64,000 bases of DNA from a bacterium. GTDB taxonomy: Bacteria > Patescibacteriota > Minisyncoccia > Moranbacterales > UBA2206. Both the position numbers and the translations under genes were made by a program. The stretch is taken from the NCBI GenBank assembly GCA_029567195.1, contig JAKQLJ010000020.1, positions 3,971 through 67,970 on the forward strand, in the 5' to 3' direction. The notes under the pieces are model-generated. The model was not told the origin of the DNA, searched no databases, and saw nothing but the letters and a program-made list of their open reading frames with translations. This document shows positions 59,764 through 64,000 of the stretch, in pieces; the first letter of the stretch is position 1; each line of letters starts with the position of its first letter.

Positions 59764-59902
59764 ACATCGCCCAACATCGAGTATGGGGTAAAAATATTTA
59801 CCTTTTAGTAATTTAATAGATGAACGTAAAATATTTTTGACCCAAATTCTGTTTCGTTTCACTTCAACAGAACTTCCCATACTCGAAAACGTTAAACGAA
59901 AT
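59764..59902 (+). other. attC-like site 3 (branched)
   Basis: ACATCGCCCAAC-A-TCGAGTATGGG...CCCATACTCGA-AAAC-GTTAAACGAAAT. Confidence 0.85.
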
Positions 59903-59912
59903 TTTGAAAAAT

Positions 59913-60287
59913 ATGGATTTATCGCAATTAAAAAACGGCAAATATTTTAGAGGGCACTACACTGACCGTGGTGAATATAGAGGGTGGTTTTGTGGATCGT
60001 TTTTAAAAGAAAATCACCCCGGAAAAACGGAACAATTGGAAATAAAATACGCTGAACATAAAAAGGGAGACATCGAAAAGCCGCACTATCATCAAAAAAT
60101 GATTGAAGTATTAATTTTTTTGGAGGGGAAGGCTAAATTTAACGTAAATGGAGAAAATGTTATGCTCGGCAAGGGTGATTTTCTTTTTGTGGATGTGAAC
60201 AATATCATTTCCGGAGAGTTCCTTGAACCCTCTAAAATATTTGCTTTGCATACCCCAAGCCTTCCTGATGATGAAGTATTTGTGTAG
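59913..60287 (+). CDS. Cassette 4: cupin-domain protein
   Basis: HYHQKMIEVLIFLEG...LGKGDFLFV motif. The ATG at 59913 is preferred. Confidence 0.75.
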   Translation: MDLSQLKNGKYFRGHYTDRGEYRGWFCGSFLKENHPGKTEQLEIKYAEHKKGDIEKPHYHQKMIEVLIFLEGKAKFNVNGENVMLGKGDFLFVDVNNIISGEFLEPSKIFALHTPSLPDDEVFV

Positions 60288-60301
60288 TAATATTTTTCAA
60301 A

Positions 60302-60460
60302 ACATCGCCTAACACAACATATCCGGCTCATCCCACCTTTCATTTTTATTATTCAAAGTATGGCGGAATTCACCCAAATTGCCGATTTTCTTTTCATTCT
60401 ATATACTTAAATCAAGGTAAAAATCGGCAACTTCGCATGTGCCGAAACGTTATGCGAATT
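60302..60460 (+). other. attC-like site 4 (branched, homologous to site 2)
   Basis: ACATCGCCTAAC...GCAACTTCGCATGTGCCGAAACGTT; this 3' segment is identical to site 2. Confidence 0.8.
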
Positions 60461-60510
60461 TTCTTTTAAATTATTTTTTGCTCTTTGGAAACCACAAGAA
60501 GGAGGATGCC

Positions 60511-60732
60511 ATGAAATTCAGTACTATTGCAAGGGTTGTTGTTATTGGCGTATCTTGCATCATAGTTGGATACGTCATGCTAAAGGTGTTCGAGGCTAAT
60601 TGTCGCGAGGGGCTAACTAAGACGAATCATGAGCTTGCTCACTTGGAAAGCATGACTCCGGAAAAATACTACCAGGAGGTGAGGGAGAAGCTTATTCTTC
60701 AAAGAGATAACTACGAGCAAGCACTTAAGTAA
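60511..60732 (+). CDS. Cassette 5: small membrane-anchored hypothetical protein (73 aa)
   Basis: AGGAGG RBS at 60500-60505 before ATG 60511; one N-terminal TM helix. Confidence 0.7.
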   Translation: MKFSTIARVVVIGVSCIIVGYVMLKVFEANCREGLTKTNHELAHLESMTPEKYYQEVREKLILQRDNYEQALK

Positions 60733-60737
60733 ACAAG

Positions 60738-60770
60738 GGGTGGCTTTCCCAAGGAGGCCACCCATTCATT
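60738..60770 (+). terminator. GC-rich hairpin after the cassette 5 ORF
   Basis: GGGTGGC...GCCACCC stem with a weak U-tract. Confidence 0.5.
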
Positions 60771-60795
60771 CTTAGCAAAAAATTTTTCAAAATGA

Positions 60796-60912
60796 AACTC
60801 AAGGGACATTGCGCTTTTGCCCCACTCAAATTTTGTGCCCTTTTCTTTCTTTTATATTATAATAAGGAAGAAAGACAAAAACTTCGGATGATGCGTAAAC
60901 GTTATCGGAAAT
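60796..60912 (+). other. attC-like site 5 (degenerate R'')
   Basis: The 3' half AACTTCGGATGATGCGTAAACGTTATCGGAAAT is intact; the expected GCATAAC reads AAGGGAC. Confidence 0.65.
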
Positions 60913-60936
60913 ACTTAATTTTTTAATTTCAAAATT

Positions 60937-61194
60937 ATGGATAATAAAAAATTAGCAGAATATATTATGGCTATTTCTAATTTTAAGTGTATACGTGCTG
61001 AGGATAGAATTACATTGAATTCATATTTGGCTGATTCTGCAAAGATACTTGCAAAAATAGAGCTTAATCTTCCTCTCGAAAACGATATTGATAATCATGA
61101 AAAGTTGTGGGGGCATACTTGGCTGATTGATGGAAATAGCCATGAAGTTTTATATAAAAAGTGGTCTGATTTCAAAGAATCTTTAAAAAATTAA
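60937..61194 (+). CDS. Cassette 6: hypothetical protein (85 aa)
   Basis: The ORF fills the space between the GTT at 60901 and a decayed R'' at about 61197-61208. Confidence 0.7.
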   Translation: MDNKKLAEYIMAISNFKCIRAEDRITLNSYLADSAKILAKIELNLPLENDIDNHEKLWGHTWLIDGNSHEVLYKKWSDFKESLKN

Positions 61195-61290
61195 GCGCAT
61201 TCTATAATACCCAATATTTAGTTCCACAAAAGAGAAAAATCCGCATAATTTTTTCATTTTGAATTGAGCTTTTTTTATGATTTTTTACCA

Positions 61291-61317
61291 AAATAAAACC
61301 CCGGGCATTGCTCGGGG
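61291..61317 (-). terminator. Intrinsic terminator
   Basis: CCCCGAGC-AAT-GCCCGGGG-TTTTATTT on the minus strand. Confidence 0.7.
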
Positions 61318-61335
61318 CGAAGAGAACCGTGGAAG

Positions 61336-61557
61336 TTACGAACGGTTATGGTCAATGATTTGCCGAAGCGCTTCCGGCACATTATATTGCGGAAACTCAT
61401 CTGATAATTCACGAACTATCTCTGACGAAAGTTTGGTCGTACGTGCGTATCTATGCGTATACTCACTCCTAATCTTGATTTCTATCAGTATCGGAGCGGA
61501 CGTACGTCCTTCCTGTTTCTGCTGCTCTGCAAGAGCATTAAATTGATCAAAATACAT
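61336..61557 (-). CDS. Small hypothetical protein (73 aa) in an IR-bounded expression unit
   Basis: AGGAGGA RBS at 61563-61569, with its own promoter and terminator. Confidence 0.7.
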   Translation of the reverse strand: MYFDQFNALAEQQKQEGRTSAPILIEIKIRSEYTHRYARTTKLSSEIVRELSDEFPQYNVPEALRQIIDHNRS

Positions 61558-61607
61558 CGCTGTCCTCCTTGGCTGGATGATTTTTTACGGAACTACATCA
61601 ACGTAAT

Positions 61608-61636
61608 AGGATAGCATAAAATAACATTCCTGTCAA
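61608..61636 (-). promoter_or_regulatory. Promoter TTGACA-17-TATCCT with an extended -10 TG
   Basis: Consensus -35, 17-nt spacer and TGn motif, upstream of 61557. Confidence 0.65.
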
Positions 61637-61764
61637 ATGCCGTTGGCAAAAAATTATAAAAAAGCTCTTAAATTAAGGAAATTATACGGATTTTTCTTTT
61701 TCACTCCACTCAAATTTTCTATTAATCGCTAATCCTTCTTTCTAAAGCCCGAAACGGGAAAATA

Positions 61765-61801
61765 AATTTAAAACCCCACATTGCAGAAATACAATGCGGG
61801 G
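61765..61801 (-). terminator. Intrinsic terminator
   Basis: CCCCGCATTG...CAATGTGGGG-TTTT on the minus strand. Confidence 0.7.
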
Positions 61802-61829
61802 CTGGTTGTTGGTTGAGAGGGAAAATAGC

Positions 61830-62114
61830 TTACCCTTGAACTTCTGTGACGTTGATCGTTCCATCGTTGACATCTAGGAATCCTTTGACATAGAATTCTC
61901 TCCAATTTTCATAATTTGTGTCTAGAACATACACAGTTACAAGCATGCAATCCCTCGGGAACCCTCCTTTAATCAATTCAATCCGACAAATTTGCCCAAC
62001 AAAGTCTTTTTTATTGATTTTCAATTTGACCGGCAAGCCTTCATAAAACTGCCGTAATACAAACAGTCTTAGGCTGAGTCCCTGAACCAATACTGCATCG
62101 GAAACATTTTCCAT
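61830..62114 (-). CDS. Small hypothetical protein (94 aa)
   Basis: AAGGAGGT RBS at 62118-62125 and a downstream terminator. Confidence 0.7.
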   Translation of the reverse strand: MENVSDAVLVQGLSLRLFVLRQFYEGLPVKLKINKKDFVGQICRIELIKGGFPRDCMLVTVYVLDTNYENWREFYVKGFLDVNDGTINVTEVQG

Positions 62115-62345
62115 AATACCTCCTTAGGCTTAAGTTCAGAGCTATATTGATTTTATGATATTTTGTTAAATTATGATAGTTTTGTCAAGTTATTGTCATA
62201 AAATTTCAAAAAGGACTTGAATCAATTAAAATACTAGCAATTTCAATAAAGATATTTTATAATACACATACGAATGCAATTTGCGGGAAATTTAAGACCA
62301 GATTTTCCTTAAAATAAAACATAATAAACATTATTAAACAGCATT

Positions 62346-62954
62346 ATGAAAAAAATAATCATATCCAGCCTTCTGTTATTTAGCATTTTTCTTTTTACCG
62401 GATGCGGACAAAAGCAAACTGATAAAAACCAAATGCCAAAAGAAGCCGATCCTTTAATAAGGCAATCTCAAGAACCATCAGAAAGTCAGTGGCAAAATGG
62501 CGCAGAAAGCCAATTGTTAAATAATAGCGCTCAAAAAACCTATCAAAATCAAAAATACGGTTTTGGTTTCAATTACCCGGGAAGTTATAAAATCCAGGAA
62601 AATGATTGGGAGAAAGAACCTCAGCCGGGCGGTTCAATCTATCTTGTCCAGCTTGGCGACGAAACCATTACGGACTTTGAAGCTGAATTTGACAAAGGAA
62701 TTTTGATTTATGTAGTTAAAGTTGAAAAAGGACCAGATGGCGCAGATCCGCTTATGGCGCCAAGCGGTGCGGATCCAGTATCAAAAAAGGATATAATTAT
62801 TGGCGGACAAAAAGCCAGGAATTACAATAATGGTCAAATTTATACCGTCGCAAAAAATGGATATGGATATTGGCTAATTTTAGGCGATCAAGCAAGCCGG
62901 TCCACCAAGGATAATTTTGCAAAAATTGTTTCTTCCTTTGAGTTTATCAAATAA
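62346..62954 (+). CDS. Predicted lipoprotein (PsbP-like extracytoplasmic domain)
   Basis: Lipobox LFTGC, YQNQKYGFGFNYP motif, C-terminal IVSSFEF. Confidence 0.7.
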   Translation: MKKIIISSLLLFSIFLFTGCGQKQTDKNQMPKEADPLIRQSQEPSESQWQNGAESQLLNNSAQKTYQNQKYGFGFNYPGSYKIQENDWEKEPQPGGSIYLVQLGDETITDFEAEFDKGILIYVVKVEKGPDGADPLMAPSGADPVSKKDIIIGGQKARNYNNGQIYTVAKNGYGYWLILGDQASRSTKDNFAKIVSSFEFIK

Positions 62955-62978
62955 AATTGCCAAAAAAAATTAAAAAAT

Positions 62979-63005
62979 AAAACCCGTCCTTTTTTGGCGG
63001 GTTTT
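62979..63005. terminator. Bidirectional terminator between convergent genes
   Basis: AAAACCCGTC-CTTTTTT-GGCGGGTTTT. Confidence 0.65.
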
Positions 63006-63016
63006 TATAAAATCTG

Positions 63017-64000
63017 TTAATACATCAAAACCGCTACCGGTTCCATCTTGGCAACAACATGCGCGATGCCATTGGCTTCAACTCCTTCAATTACCTTGTC
63101 GATATTTTTGTATCGTGCCGAATCCTGGTTAATGACAATTGAAGACTTGGCGTTATAAAGCCGAACATTTTTTTCTTTCATTTTGGCAAATAATTCATCT
63201 TTCGTAAAAACAGATTTTTCTTTTTCATTTTTCCCTTTTCCGGTGCCGTGAGGGGCTGAAAAGAAGCTGTCTTCATTGCGATCGGTTCCGACGCAGATAT
63301 ATGCGTCAGTTGACATGGAAGAGGGGATGAAGACCGGTTCCCCAGTTTTTTTATAAAGCGGATGGCCGGTCATTTTGGCCGGTCCGTAGGCTCTTGAAGT
63401 ATTGCTGCGGTGGACATAAACGTCATGGCCAAAATGATTTTCTCTGGAAATGGAAATATGCGGCATGTCATAAATCAAATCCATCTCCGGGTCTTTATCC
63501 AAGACTCTTTTTATTGTTTCAGAAATATTGTGAGTGATAACAGCTCGATTGGCGGTGCCAAAATTAGACGCGGCGGCCCGGGCATTCATATAAAGTTCTC
63601 CTTCCGGAGCTTTGGCGTCATATTTCAAAAGCGATTCATCGCCAGCCATATGTTTTTCGATTTTTTCCTGCATTTTATTATAAACATCTCTTTTCCTGGT
63701 TTTGAATGTAAATTTTCCCAAACGCACCATTAATGATTGTGACAAGTGTTCCGGTTTTTTAGCGGTGTGGGTGTACATAGTATATTGGCCGAGGATTCCT
63801 GAGCCGGTATGGATCATGAAAAGGTATTGGCCCTTCCTTATTCCCATAAGATCGGCAATTTCCGGATCAATGATGTCGTTCACTTTCAAAAGATCAAGAA
63901 AGTGATTTCCGGCCGCGCCCAGGATGCCCAGGCGGAATTTCGCAAAAAACAAATAAAGTTTCGGAATAACATCAAAAATATCCTGCTTGGAAGCTTCGCT
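63017..64000 (-). CDS. rtcB: Divergent RtcB-family protein (5' end beyond the window)
   Basis: GNHF, IHTGS, VHR, IPxSM, SAPHGTG and YKNID motifs; the frame stays open to base 64000. Confidence 0.75.
   Translation of the reverse strand, partial: SEASKQDIFDVIPKLYLFFAKFRLGILGAAGNHFLDLLKVNDIIDPEIADLMGIRKGQYLFMIHTGSGILGQYTMYTHTAKKPEHLSQSLMVRLGKFTFKTRKRDVYNKMQEKIEKHMAGDESLLKYDAKAPEGELYMNARAAASNFGTANRAVITHNISETIKRVLDKDPEMDLIYDMPHISISRENHFGHDVYVHRSNTSRAYGPAKMTGHPLYKKTGEPVFIPSSMSTDAYICVGTDRNEDSFFSAPHGTGKGKNEKEKSVFTKDELFAKMKEKNVRLYNAKSSIVINQDSARYKNIDKVIEGVEANGIAHVVAKMEPVAVLMY

Larger units (their letters stand above)
56956..61720. mobile_element. Integron-like platform: integrase, attI and six gene cassettes
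   Basis: Six GTT crossover cores (57867, 58397, 59168, 59891, 60449, 60901), each starting a single-gene unit closed by a complementary R'' box. Confidence 0.85.

Noticed and set aside
60439-60510. ORF-track N-terminal extension of the cassette 5 protein
   Set aside because: It starts inside attC site 4, and a strong RBS supports the ATG at 60511.
58327-60912. Recurring AACTTC...ACGTT motif as a CRISPR array
   Set aside because: The repeats are imperfect and variable in length, the intervening segments are whole genes, and no cas genes are present.
61277-61546. Plus-strand 89-aa ORF as cassette 7 or a toxin-antitoxin partner
   Set aside because: The promoter, RBS and terminator all support the minus-strand ORF instead.
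1-64000. tRNA/rRNA genes or an alternative genetic code
   Set aside because: No cloverleaf or rRNA-like segments were recognised. Genes are full length in code 11, with TGA used as a stop at 21518-21520.

Overview
AT-rich bacterial DNA read in code 11. Gene content (DUF4012, many GT-C membrane glycosyltransferases, CPR-like small palindromes) suggests a Patescibacteria/Parcubacteria genome; this is inferred, not shown. Positions 1-56.9 kb are one very large surface-glycan locus: NDP-sugar enzymes (Ugd, UDP-GlcA epimerase and decarboxylase, two RfbE-like epimerases, a Gmd/ColD/ColC-like set), GT2/GT4 transferases, flippases, about nine GT-C transferases, three radical SAM enzymes, an MtaD-like deaminase and a GH28. 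Positions 56.9-61.7 kb hold the most striking element, an integron-like system. A 277-aa tyrosine recombinase that lacks the IntI-specific insertion is divergent from a dif-like attI and six single-gene cassettes. The cassettes are separated by non-canonical attC-like hairpins (1x4/1x5 bulge, branched arms, embedded promoters), and each is bounded by its own 23-34 bp terminal inverted repeats. Several palindromic mini-elements sit in frame inside protein genes. The window ends with a lipoprotein and a divergent, edge-truncated RtcB-like gene. All calls come from reading motifs by eye; no database searches were run.
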